The notes under the pieces: model-generated
Databases searched by the model: none
What the model was told of the DNA's origin: nothing
Seen by the model: the letters and a program-made list of their open reading frames with translations, nothing else
Made by a program: the position numbers and the translations under genes
Assembly (NCBI GenBank): GCA_963811185.1
Contig: CAWEQN010000006.1
Location: 136,026-200,025, forward strand
Length of the DNA stretch: 64,000 nt
Direction: 5' to 3'
Source of the DNA: an uncultured haloarchaeon
GTDB taxonomy: Archaea > Halobacteriota > Halobacteria > Halobacteriales > Haladaptataceae
In this document: positions 23,893-33,929 of the stretch, one piece after another
Position numbering within the stretch: the first letter of the stretch is position 1
Layout: every line of letters begins with the position of its first letter

Positions 23893-25221
23893 ACGTAGCC
23901 GAGGTCACGGAGTTGCTCCTCGACGGCGGGCGACAGCGTCACATCGTCCGTCACGACCCGGCGATTCAGTTCGTTCACAAGCCCTTCCATTCGCTCCCGC
24001 GGCTTTTCTATTTCGCCCGCCTCGCGAAATCCGTCGGGAGTCTCCCATCCGTAGTAGTCGGCCGTAACCATGCCGTGCATCGCCGAATCCAGTGGCTCGA
24101 TATCGAATCCATCGCGGGCGAGTGCGGTGCGGTGGCGGTCGGTCAGGCCGTGATACTCGACCAGCCAGTCGGTTTCCGCGTTCGATTTCGCCGAGCAGGT
24201 TTCGTCCCCGCGACTCGCCGTCGAGGGCCCCGATGTCGAGAATCGTCCGATGGACGTCGAGCAGGGAAACGGGGTCGTTGCGGCTGTCGGTCGTTCCGAC
24301 CGCTTCGCTTTCGTCAGTACCGTCGGCCAGCCAGATGCACAGCGGAATCCGCGTCACCTCGGGATATAGCCCGCAGAGGTGTTCCCACGCGCCGTACTCG
24401 CCGAGGGCTTCGCCGTGGTCCCCGAGGGTGATGATGCAATCGAACGATTCGCGGAGTTCCGCGAAGATGGGACGGTAGCGGTCCGCGAGGTAGCGAACGC
24501 CGTCGTCGTACGCCCGTCGGATTCGTTCGGGGTCCGCGTTCGGCGAATCGAGCGTGGCACGGAGGCCGTCGAGTTCCGGCGGTTCGACGGTCCGGAACTC
24601 CTCGGGCGGGGAGTACGGCGTGTGTGCCTCCATCAGATTGATGAACAGGAATTCGTCGTCGCCGAACGCGGTGTCGCGGACGAATTCGAGCGCTTCGGTC
24701 GCGCCGTCGTCGCGGGTCGTTCGCCCCATGCCCAAATCCCGGAGTTTGAGGAATGCGCCGCGTTTGAGCGACGGCAGGGTATCACAGTCACCCAGCAGGA
24801 TGTCGCGGAGAGCGAGGAGGTAGCGTTCCGGTCCTTGGTCGCGCGTCTCGGTGATGAAGCCGTCCCAGTCGAAGACGTTCGCCGAGAGCGCGTCGAGTCG
24901 CCAACTCCCCTCGAACTGGTCGAACCCGCGATGGAAATCGAACGGTCGGGAGATGTTGACGTTCGCGCTGAACGCGCGGGTCGTGTACCCGCCCCCGTGG
25001 AAGGATTCGGGGAGCACGGGGTCCGGGCAATCGAGTCGTTGTGCCCCGGCGTAGACGCCCAACTCGCTCGCGTATTTGCCTGCGAACAGCGAGGCGTGGG
25101 CCGGAACGGTCCAGTGAGACGTCGAGTAGGCGTTCTCGAACCGCGTTCCCGGAAGCCAGTCGAAATGCGCGTCGAAGGCGTCCTTCCGCAGGGTGTCGAG
25201 GACGACGAGTGCGACGTTCAT
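23889..25221 (-). CDS. Sulfatase-like alkaline-phosphatase-superfamily hydrolase/transferase (frameshift ~24170)
   Basis: VLDTLRKD, WTVPAHASLF, NLMEAHTPY, GDHGE, C-terminal QLRDLGY. Confidence 0.85.
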
Positions 25222-26156
25222 CGGTACCCCAGCGCCGAGAGACGGTCGGCAGCCGATGCGTCCTGCTCGTCCGTTTCGTTCGTCGCTTGCATCCAGCTTT
25301 CGGGGTCGTACGTCCCGGAGTCGGTTCCGCTCGTGACCACCCACGGCACGTCCCGGAGGACGCGAATCGGCGTGTTGTCGGGGTGGCCGTAAACGTACCA
25401 CTCGCCGAAACCGTTGCCGTGGTCGGCCGTGATGACGACGCGGTGGGCATCGAGATTATCGAGCAAAACCGCCACCTCGGAGAGGGCATAACGGAGGTTT
25501 TCGCGGTAGGAGTGCCACACCTGCTCTCGCGTGAGGTCCCCGCGACGCAAGCGCTCCCAGACGCCGACGCGCTCGCCGAAGTCGGTCCGACTCATCCCGT
25601 CGTCCGGAAGCGGGTCGGGAATCGAGGGAAAGTGCGGTTGCATGTAGTGGACCACGAGTTTGTCCGCGTTGCTCTCTCCGCCGTTGATGGCCCGCCCAGC
25701 GGCGATTGCCCGGTCGGTGACGGTCCGAGCGGGAACCGTCCCGAGTTCGTCGTCCCAGCCATCGCGCCACACTTCGACCAACTCGGCGAAGTTCCCCGAG
25801 TCGAGATAGTTCGCGGAGTTCGGGTTCGCGGTGACGTGGACCGTATCGGAACAGTCCCGGTCTCCGAAGTTCGCTCGCATCCACTCGTCCGAACGGGTAC
25901 CCGCCGATTCGAATCGCCAAACGCGCTTTACGAAGGGAACGTCGGGGGCGACTTCGCACATGCAGTCGAACCGACAGCCGTCGAGAACGACGAGAACGTC
26001 CCACGAGTGGTCGTATATCGACTCGCCGAACTGGCCTCGCCCGGCCAGTCGTCGAAGGACACCTTTGTAGAGTTCGTAGGCGGACGTGTCCACGCTGTTC
26101 CAGCCATCCTCGCGGAATCGACCGCTACTTTCGCCCAGCCAATCAGCCAGCGTCAT
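25218..26156 (-). CDS. Alkaline-phosphatase-superfamily protein
   Basis: LDGCRFD, HYMQPHFP, TADHG, C-terminal RLSALGY. Confidence 0.8.
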   Translation of the reverse strand: MTLADWLGESSGRFREDGWNSVDTSAYELYKGVLRRLAGRGQFGESIYDHSWDVLVVLDGCRFDCMCEVAPDVPFVKRVWRFESAGTRSDEWMRANFGDRDCSDTVHVTANPNSANYLDSGNFAELVEVWRDGWDDELGTVPARTVTDRAIAAGRAINGGESNADKLVVHYMQPHFPSIPDPLPDDGMSRTDFGERVGVWERLRRGDLTREQVWHSYRENLRYALSEVAVLLDNLDAHRVVITADHGNGFGEWYVYGHPDNTPIRVLRDVPWVVTSGTDSGTYDPESWMQATNETDEQDASAADRLSALGYR

Positions 26157-26824
26157 CGACCCCCTCCCGCGTACCGAACCCTATCGACCGCGTCCCAAAA
26201 GCCGCGACGCCAGAGCCAGTCGTTGACCCTGCCGAGCGCCGTCTCCGGAACGATTCGTTCCGCATACCGGGTTGGATACTCGCGTTTCAGACGGGCTTCC
26301 GTTTCGGCGTCGATGGTGGCCCGCGTTCGAGCGGGATGAATCATCGACAGTGTCGGGTCGTAGCGACACGGCCCGTAGGCTTCCATCCGCCAGCCGAACT
26401 CGGTGTCGTCGCGCCATCCGGCGTACTCGCTTCTGAACCCGCCCGCGTCGAGCGCGGTTTCGCGGTCGAACACGAGGTTACAACCGACGTACAGCCCGGT
26501 TCCGCGATACGTTCGCCCGCCCGAAACGCTCCCTTCGACGCAGACGGTATCCCCGTCGAGGACGGCCTCGGCGGCGGCCACCCACTCCGGGGACGGTCGG
26601 CAGTCGTCGTCGGTGAGGGCCACGATATCCGCGCTCGCCGCCTCGATTCCGACGTTTCGCGCCTCGCAGATGTCGAGGGTTGCGTCGTCCACGACGAGAA
26701 TCTCGAACTCGGTAGCGGTCTGGTTTCGCAGGTCAGCGACTACGGCACCGTGGTCGTTCTTCGGGAGCGTCGGAATCACGACCGACACCCGTGGCTCACT
26801 GGACTCGTATGGCTTTCGTATCAT
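26153..26824 (-). CDS. Glycosyltransferase family 2
   Basis: VSVVIPT, VVDD, ARNVG, TDDD, DD.EFG. Confidence 0.88.
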   Translation of the reverse strand: MIRKPYESSEPRVSVVIPTLPKNDHGAVVADLRNQTATEFEILVVDDATLDICEARNVGIEAASADIVALTDDDCRPSPEWVAAAEAVLDGDTVCVEGSVSGGRTYRGTGLYVGCNLVFDRETALDAGGFRSEYAGWRDDTEFGWRMEAYGPCRYDPTLSMIHPARTRATIDAETEARLKREYPTRYAERIVPETALGRVNDWLWRRGFWDAVDRVRYAGGGR

Positions 26825-27032
26825 CGGTATCGACTGCGGCGCGCTTTTTGACCGCCTCCGTATGTGTTCCACTCTCCTCCCCTATCCCCGAAAAATTCCC
26901 GTGTAACACCGCCACGTCGTGTGAATCCTGATTCATTGGCCCACCCCTGAGCGTGACGATGCTACAGCACACTCACGTATAAATTGTGTGCGATTTTTGA
27001 AAAAAGAGCGCCGTTCGATTCAACGGACGGAG

Positions 27033-28058
27033 TCAGGCATCCGAAATCGACTCGAACATCGGATGGGAATCGAGCAGTTTCGAGATGACCGCGCGCGCCT
27101 CCTCGTTTGCCTCCTCGTCGGGGACGACCGGGTCCATCCCGTCGAACACTTCGTGGACCATCGCAACGCCGTCCGAAAGCGTGTCCAACCCGTAACCTCC
27201 TTCGAGGACGAACCCGAGGCCAGCGTCGGATTCGTCCGCCAGGTCACGAACCCGAGCGGTGAGCACGCCAAACCCTTCCGTCGAGATTCGCATTCGGGAG
27301 ATCGGGTCGTGACGATGGGCGTCGAATCCCGCACTCACCAACACGAGATCGGGGTCGAATTCGAGCACCGACGGCGCGATGAGTTCGTCGAACACCGAGC
27401 GATATTCGGGGTCACCCGCCCCCGCCGGGAGCGGGACGTTGAGCGTCGTCCCTTCCCCGTTCCCTTCGCCCGACTCCTCGATTTCACCAGTGCCGGGATA
27501 CAGTCCGTCCTCGTGAATCGAGACGTAGAACACGTCGCCGTCGCCGTAGAAGATGTCCTGCGTACCGTTGCCGTGATGCACGTCCCAGTCGATGATGGCG
27601 ACACGTTCGGCGTCGCCGTCGTCGATGACCGCTTGGGCCGCCACGGCGGCGTTGTTGAAGAAACAGAATCCCATCGCGTCGTCTTCCACCGCGTGGTGTC
27701 CCGGCGGGCGACCCAACGCGAACGGTGTTGCACGGCCGTCTTCGCCCTCCAAAGCGGCTTTCGCGGCCCATTTCGCGAGCCCCGCACTTTCGAGCGCGGC
27801 GTCCCACGTCTCCTCGACGGCGACGGTATCCGGGTCCCAGTTGCCACCGCCGCTCTCGCAGAACTCGTAGAACTCCTCGACGTAGCTATCGTCGTGAACC
27901 GCTGTTACTTCGGCTTCCGTCGCGGGCGCTGCCTCCACGTATTCGACGCCGTGTTTGCGCGTGAGGGCCTGTCGAATCGCACGCAGTCGGTCGGGATTCT
28001 CCGGATGTCGCTTTCCGGTATCGTGAGCTAAACAGACCTCGCTATAGCCGAAGTTCAT
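27033..28058 (-). CDS. hdaI: Histone deacetylase family protein
   Basis: HPENPDR, RPPGHHA, GFCFFNN, DWDVHHGNGTQ, SAGFD, LEGGY. Confidence 0.95.
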   Translation of the reverse strand: MNFGYSEVCLAHDTGKRHPENPDRLRAIRQALTRKHGVEYVEAAPATEAEVTAVHDDSYVEEFYEFCESGGGNWDPDTVAVEETWDAALESAGLAKWAAKAALEGEDGRATPFALGRPPGHHAVEDDAMGFCFFNNAAVAAQAVIDDGDAERVAIIDWDVHHGNGTQDIFYGDGDVFYVSIHEDGLYPGTGEIEESGEGNGEGTTLNVPLPAGAGDPEYRSVFDELIAPSVLEFDPDLVLVSAGFDAHRHDPISRMRISTEGFGVLTARVRDLADESDAGLGFVLEGGYGLDTLSDGVAMVHEVFDGMDPVVPDEEANEEARAVISKLLDSHPMFESISDA

Positions 28059-28486
28059 TCGAACAGCCTGAAGTAAGTCTCGATGTCCTCGGCCTTAACG
28101 GTTCGCCGGTCCGCGTGATGGGCGAGAATCGTTGCCGCCGACGCGACGTTGTCGGAGTAATCCTCGAGGATATCCGCAAGCGCCACACGCGCATCCATCG
28201 AAACCCGATAATCGTCGCCGATATCGAGACGTGCGATTCGGTCGACGGGCGCAACCGGGAGGGTGAGTTCGTCCTTGTCGATGACCTGTTGGACGCCGAA
28301 ATCGGACGCCATCAGTGTCTTCCGTCTATCCTTCGTCGCCTGTTTTGCGGCATCTACGGCCAGCTCCGCGCCGTGACGCTGAATCCGGCGGGCGAGTTCC
28401 TCGGCGGCATCCGCACTGACACGAAGGGTACCCGCATTCCGTCGGATTATCGTATCGACCGGCGCGAACGGAAGCTCAACGCTCAT
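28055..28486 (-). CDS. hpyA: Haloarchaeal tandem histone-fold protein
   Basis: Two histone folds: ELPFAPVD..RVS..RKT and LPVAPVDRI..RVS..RRTV. Confidence 0.95.
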   Translation of the reverse strand: MSVELPFAPVDTIIRRNAGTLRVSADAAEELARRIQRHGAELAVDAAKQATKDRRKTLMASDFGVQQVIDKDELTLPVAPVDRIARLDIGDDYRVSMDARVALADILEDYSDNVASAATILAHHADRRTVKAEDIETYFRLFE

Positions 28487-28600
28487 AATCCAACAGCGGA
28501 AGCAGTCGCCCTTAATCTTTCCCTACCGTCGTTCGCGGCAAATCGGACGGGAGAAACTGCCATTACGAATAAAAAGGATGACAGCGAACCCTCGGGCACG

Positions 28601-28807
28601 ATGAGTGACCCACACGAACGCGACCGAACGATGGCGAAGGAAAAGGACGACGAAGAAGAGCAGGAAGGGAAAGACGAGGCCGAACAGGCCCGCGAAGAAG
28701 AACTCGAAGACGAGACGGAAGTCGAGCAAAAGCAGGCCCGCGAGGACGCCGCGACTGACGAACAGAACAAGGACAATCACCGCGACGAAGAGCCGTTCCA
28801 GAGCTAA
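28601..28807 (+). CDS. Small highly acidic protein
   Basis: MSDPHERDRT...HRDEEPFQS, D/E-rich. Confidence 0.55.
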   Translation: MSDPHERDRTMAKEKDDEEEQEGKDEAEQAREEELEDETEVEQKQAREDAATDEQNKDNHRDEEPFQS

Positions 28808-28837
28808 TTCGGAACGTTCGAAGAAGGGAGAATCGCG

Positions 28838-30286
28838 TTAGAACACGTCCTCGGCGTCGAGTTTGCCGCCGCGACGTTCGCCGCGAACGGTCACTTCCTG
28901 ACCGAGGTGAACGTCGGCATCCGTCTCGACGCTTATCGTTTCTTCACCGTCGTCGAGCACGACAGGGTTACCCGCTTGAACGACCGTGCCAGTGAATTCG
29001 ACCTGCTCGCCGTCGCCGGACTGTGTCGTATCCGTGTCCGGCGTCGAGTTCGATTCCGTCGCGTTCGTCGAGGAGTCCGTCGATTTCTCCACATCGCTTC
29101 CGAACGCGTCGAGTCCGGTTTCCGACTCGTTCGTGTCGCTCGCGTCGTCGGCGCTTCCCGCATTCGTCGCGTCCGTCGGGGAGCTGTTGTCGAGGACGGA
29201 GATGGTCGATTGCCACCCGGCGGAGGCTTCGATGTCGTCGGCCCACCCGTCCTTGATGGAAACGTCCGCGAACGAGACTTTGTCGCCCGGTGCGAGTTCG
29301 CGGTCCGCCTTCTCGCCCCAGAGTGCGACGCGGATATCGCCGGTCTCGTCCTGTACGCGGACGTTCTTCACTTGGCCCTCCGACCCGTCGTCGCGGTCGA
29401 AGGTTCGTTTCGGGTCCGACGACCGAATCACACCGGTGATGTCCGCCGTATCGCCGATTTCGAGGTTCGCAATCGGCGTGCTCTCGGGAACGTACTCGAT
29501 GTCGTCGTCGATTTCCTCGACTGCGCCGCGGTTGCCGACGTGGAGTTCGAGGTTGCCGTCGCGCTCGCGGACGTAGCCGTCCACGACTTCGACGGTGATG
29601 CCGGGTTCGAGTTCCTCGGCGATGTCCGCACGCTCGTCCCAGAGCGTGATTCGAATCCGGCCCGTTTCGTCGCCGATGGTGAGGTTGGCGACCCTGCCTT
29701 CCGACCCGTCGTCGCGGTCGAACGTCCGGACGGTGCCCGTATCGAGCAGTTTGCCCGGGAGGTTTACGTCCGAGAGGCCGAGCGAGAGGTCCGAAACGGT
29801 GTAGGAGTCCTGAACCTGCACGTCGATTTCCGTATCGTCGTCGGGTTCGGCTTGGTCCACGTTGACCTCGGTTCCGCTGTAGCCGTCCGTCGGACGACCC
29901 TTGATTCGCAGGACTTGACCGGGTTCGAGTTGCTCCTCGGCGGCCCGTGCCTGCTCGTCCCAAAGCGAGATGCGAATCGACCCCGTCTCGTCCGCGACAT
30001 CGACGTTTAGGACGTGTCCGTCCTCGTCGTCCCCGTCGCGTTCGAACGTCCGGATATCGCCGACGCTCGTCACCTTGGCAACGAACTTCACTTCCTCGAT
30101 GCCGGGTTCGATGTCGGCGACCCCGTTCACTTCGCTTTCGTCCATTTCGTGGGCGATGAGCATTGCGGCGGTTTCCTCGTCCGCAAGCCCGCCCATCTGT
30201 TCGACTTTTTCCTCGACGGCGTCCCGGAACTCGTCCAGAGAGATGTCGGCGTCGAGGTCCCCATGTACCTCGTCTATAACGCCCAT
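28838..30286 (-). CDS. rpa: Replication protein A, multi-OB-fold ssDNA-binding protein
   Basis: Three repeats of RTF.RD.G..G.V....DETG.IR..LW. Confidence 0.92.
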   Translation of the reverse strand: MGVIDEVHGDLDADISLDEFRDAVEEKVEQMGGLADEETAAMLIAHEMDESEVNGVADIEPGIEEVKFVAKVTSVGDIRTFERDGDDEDGHVLNVDVADETGSIRISLWDEQARAAEEQLEPGQVLRIKGRPTDGYSGTEVNVDQAEPDDDTEIDVQVQDSYTVSDLSLGLSDVNLPGKLLDTGTVRTFDRDDGSEGRVANLTIGDETGRIRITLWDERADIAEELEPGITVEVVDGYVRERDGNLELHVGNRGAVEEIDDDIEYVPESTPIANLEIGDTADITGVIRSSDPKRTFDRDDGSEGQVKNVRVQDETGDIRVALWGEKADRELAPGDKVSFADVSIKDGWADDIEASAGWQSTISVLDNSSPTDATNAGSADDASDTNESETGLDAFGSDVEKSTDSSTNATESNSTPDTDTTQSGDGEQVEFTGTVVQAGNPVVLDDGEETISVETDADVHLGQEVTVRGERRGGKLDAEDVF

Positions 30287-30451
30287 AATCGTACTCGGTT
30301 GCAGGGTTGGCCGTCGCTTAAGCGTTGTCTTTGTGTCGGCGATCGGACGCTGTCCGTCGATTCCGATTCGATTCGAGTCACGGAGAAAGGTGGCCGCCTT
30401 TTCATTGATAAACCTACGCCGGGCGTCCCGATGACGCTTTCGTCATCGGGG

Positions 30452-31045
30452 TTATTTTCCGGTAGTTGTGGTGGTACTTTTGCCGTCGCCGCCCGCGACC
30501 ACTTTCGAGTTGTTCATGCTCTCGTGAGTGACTTGCACCGACTTCGGCGGCGGACCGGCGAAAGTGAACGTCGCGCGATACTTGATTGCCGTTATGCACT
30601 CCGAACAGGCGACGCTGCCACTCTTTTTCTTCTTCGTTCCGACCGTCACCATGAACGTCCCCGTTTTCGCGTCAGTCTTCGCGCGCTTGAGCACGGGGCG
30701 AGCACAGGAATCGCTTCCCGGTATCGTGCCGGTGATGAGTAGCTGTTTTTTCGAGTCCTTGGGTTCGACGGACGCCTCGTTCTTCGGTTGTCCGCATTTC
30801 GCGCTGAGGACTTTCAGCGAATGGCTCTTGACGGCCACCTCGCCGTCGCTCGACGAAGTCGTTGTTTTCGTGGTGTCACCGGTCGTGGTCGTGCTATTCG
30901 TCGTACTCCCCGTCGTCGTGGTCGTCGTACTGGTCTCATCGGACCCCGAACCGCCGGGACCGCTCCCGCCTCGGCCGAGGCAACCCGCCAGAATACCGAC
31001 CGTCGTCGCCGCACCCGCTCGTTTCAGGATGTCTCGTCGTTGCAT
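30452..31045 (-). CDS. Tat lipoprotein with Thr-rich linker and Lys/Cys-rich domain
   Basis: MQRRDIL...LAGC lipobox. Confidence 0.75.
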   Translation of the reverse strand: MQRRDILKRAGAATTVGILAGCLGRGGSGPGGSGSDETSTTTTTTGSTTNSTTTTGDTTKTTTSSSDGEVAVKSHSLKVLSAKCGQPKNEASVEPKDSKKQLLITGTIPGSDSCARPVLKRAKTDAKTGTFMVTVGTKKKKSGSVACSECITAIKYRATFTFAGPPPKSVQVTHESMNNSKVVAGGDGKSTTTTTGK

Positions 31046-31212
31046 ACCACACAGTACCGTACCCATTCTAAAAACACTCCCGTAGACGAAAATAGCGATT
31101 TGAGTTACCCTCATAGTTCGTTCACCCGCCGCCGTTCATGAGGTTGCGTCCCACCCACACACCGCCACCACATCGCAAGCGCTATTAAGCCAACCACGAA
31201 ATGAATGAATGA

Positions 31213-31285
31213 GTCCTGGTAGGGTAGTGGACTATCCTCCTGGCTTGCGGAGCCAGGGACCGGAGTTCAAATCTCCGTCAGGACG
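31213..31285 (+). tRNA. tRNA-Arg(GCG)
   Basis: Acceptor GTCCTGG/TCAGGAC, anticodon arm CTGGC-TTGCGGA-GCCAG, T-loop TTCAAAT; 73 nt. Confidence 0.95.
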
Positions 31286-31572
31286 CTCACTTTGTTCGCG
31301 ACCTGACTGGCCTCACATTCGCTACGCTCATGTGAGACTCCGTCAGGACGTCATTCTTACGGAACCAACTCACGAGAGCCTTGGCTCTCGTGAGTCGTAG
31401 AGGAAGATGATGACTGCGGAGATTTGAGCAGGGAAATCGCACGCCCGTGAAGGAGCGTATGCGACTGAGCAGGAACGATTTCACGAGTTCAAATCTCGTC
31501 GGGACGCTCACTTTGTTCGCGACCTGACTGGCCTCACATTCGCTGCGCTCATGTGAGACTCCGTCAGGACGT
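31263..31572 (+). repeat. Array of tRNA-Arg(GCG) 3'-end copies with hairpin spacers
   Basis: ~89-bp direct repeat 31263-31351 vs 31485-31572 (3 differences); CTCCGTCAGGACG at 31273, 31338, 31559 and a variant at ~31495. Confidence 0.92.
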
Positions 31573-31664
31573 TTTTGAAGCCTACAACGACGAGCGGAGT
31601 TCTCGTGAGCGAAGCGAACGAGGGCACGGAAGACGCGGGTTGGGTTCCCGAGCGAGTCGGATTT

Positions 31665-32421
31665 TCACTTCGTCGCGCGCAACAACACTTTCTCGTTGCT
31701 GAACTCGGTCACGACATCGTCCTCGACAGTCACATCGTAGACGACTTCGGCTTCCGGCCCGCGGACGAGTTCGTCCAACTCCGCTCGTGCCGCTTTCGCC
31801 GGGATTCGTTCGCTCGGCCCACGACTCGTAATCGAGTGATCTTCGCGTAGTCGTGAGTTCATCGACCGTCAATCCGGCTTCGTCGAACCAGTCGCGCCAC
31901 TGGGTAGCGGAGTAGGCCTCGCCGTGGGTCGAATCGCGGAGGCGTTCGAACCGGTTGTAGAAGGTCGCCAGTTCGTCGTCGTCGGGGACGACGTTGTCCT
32001 CGAAGGCGACGACGCCGCCGGGGGTGAGCACGCGGGTAGCTTCCGACACGAACGCTTCCGGGTTTGGAAAGTGGTGGGCGGCGATGCGGCAGGTGACGGC
32101 ATCGAACGTTTCGTCGGAGAAGGGAAGTCGCTCGGCGTCGGCGACGGTGCCGGTCACGGGAAACGCGTCGGTTGCCGTCTCGACCATCCCGCGGGTGGCG
32201 TCGGCGGCGACGACGATATCGGCGGCGTCAGTGGTTTCCGCGAGCGCCCCTGCGGTGTGTCCCGCACCGCAAGCAACGTCGAGGGCGGTCGATGCGCCTT
32301 CGCACCACGACGCCAGGAGGTCGAGGTCCGCGCCTTCCCGGTGAACGTCGCTGTCGAGATAGGAGGCTGTGATGGCACCGAACGAATCCGTCGTCGCCCG
32401 CTTCCGTTCGAGTTCGTCCAT
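31665..32421 (-). CDS. Class I SAM-dependent methyltransferase (frameshift ~31800)
   Basis: ALDVACGAGH, DAERLPF..FD.VTCRIAAHHF. Confidence 0.88.
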
Positions 32422-32770
32422 GGTGGCCGGTTCACCGAGCGGCGAGAATACCGTTGTCGTTGCACCAATATTCGCGGATTCGGGGTGTCCGTGCAAGACC
32501 GTGGCATGTCGTGTCAGGCCAAATGTACCGCAAACCGTGACACTTTTGACCCTGGCACGAACATTTACTCGTGTATGAGTAAAGTTGAGAACTACCGATT
32601 GTTCGTTCGTGATCTGAAGAAGTGGGCCGTCAAGAAAACCGCCAAATAATCGATTGCTACGCGACGGGAACACAACCGTTGGCTCAGTCAGGATACTCCC
32701 GTCGTTTTTTCGAACCGCCGAACGCTGGTCGCGTCGGGGGGATTTTCATCGTCGGCGAAAAAGAAGCAGT

Positions 32771-33388
32771 ATGGAGAGCTATCTTCGGGCCGGACTCGCT
32801 ATCTACAACGCGGGTGAGTTTCACGCCGCTCACGACGCGTGGGAGGACTACTGGTTGAATCTCGACCGCGACACGACGGACGAGCGGTTTCTCCACGGAC
32901 TCATCCAGTTCACGGCGGTAGTGTACCACACGGCCGATTCGAACTGGACCGGGATTCGTGGCCTCGCCGGGAGTGCGGCCGGCTATCTGGACGACCTGCC
33001 CGAGGAGTACCGTGACGTCAACGTCGGAGCGATTCGTACCTACCTCCGCGCCGTTCGTGACGACCCAGAGCACGTCGAGCGGGTTGCACCGCCGCAACTG
33101 ACCCGCGACGGGATCGTCCTCCGTCCCGACGACCTCGACTTCGAGGAGTCGGCTATCGCTGCCCTCGTTCTCGCTGAGGAGTTCGGCTACGAAGAATCGG
33201 TGATGGAACAGGCCGTCGAGTTCGCGCGGATGGATTTAAAAGGCGGCGACGAGGGGAGTAACTTCATCACCTTCGTCATGGATTTCGTCCGGCAACCCGA
33301 GAACAGGGCGCTGATTTTCCAGCGACTACGGCAGCACGTCGAAAAGCGAAAGTTCCGGGAAACGGACGTCGACGGGTTGTTCGAATAG
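32771..33388 (+). CDS. DUF309-domain protein
   Basis: YNAGEFHAAHDAWED.W, GLIQ. Confidence 0.82.
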   Translation: MESYLRAGLAIYNAGEFHAAHDAWEDYWLNLDRDTTDERFLHGLIQFTAVVYHTADSNWTGIRGLAGSAAGYLDDLPEEYRDVNVGAIRTYLRAVRDDPEHVERVAPPQLTRDGIVLRPDDLDFEESAIAALVLAEEFGYEESVMEQAVEFARMDLKGGDEGSNFITFVMDFVRQPENRALIFQRLRQHVEKRKFRETDVDGLFE

Positions 33389-33467
33389 CGTCGAACCCAG
33401 CGGAGTGTCCGACACGAGAGGGACGTTGGGAATGATTTATGGTCGTCACACCCGCTAGGCAGAAACG

Positions 33468-33920
33468 ATGAGCGAGGTTTCCGCGAGCGTCGGGCGCTAT
33501 CTCAGCACGATTCACCTCGTGAGTGAGAGCACCGGCCGTCCGGCCAAAACCGGCGAACTGGCGACAGCTTTGGACGTGAGTGCCGCCAGCGTCACCGAGA
33601 TGCTCACGACGCTCGAAGCGCGCGACCTCGCAACCTACGAGAAGTACAAAGGCGCGAGGCTCACCGACGAGGGTGAGGAGACCGCACGCGAAGTGATGTG
33701 GAAACACTGTCTCGCGGAGAACTTCCTGCTTTCGGACCTCGAAATCGATAGCCCGGAAGAAGCACGGGAGATGGGGAACGCCCTCTCGGACGAGGTGGCG
33801 GCCAGTATCCGTGAGCACATCGACCACCCGTGTACCGGACAGTGCAGCGCACCGAACGCCGAATACAGCGAGTGCTGTGACGACGTGCGCGACACGGAGA
33901 ACGTACGCGACGAAGCGTAA
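33468..33920 (+). CDS. DtxR/MntR-family metal-dependent regulator
   Basis: YL..I, ELA..LDVS.ASVTEM, YEKYKGARLT..G, KH.L.E.FL. Confidence 0.85.
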   Translation: MSEVSASVGRYLSTIHLVSESTGRPAKTGELATALDVSAASVTEMLTTLEARDLATYEKYKGARLTDEGEETAREVMWKHCLAENFLLSDLEIDSPEEAREMGNALSDEVAASIREHIDHPCTGQCSAPNAEYSECCDDVRDTENVRDEA

Positions 33921-33929
33921 GCGGCGATT

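Noticed and set aside
31286-33400. Provirus or genomic island integrated at tRNA-Arg(GCG)
   Set aside because: No integrase or viral genes; the only distal match (GTCAGGA, ~32687) is too short to be an att site.
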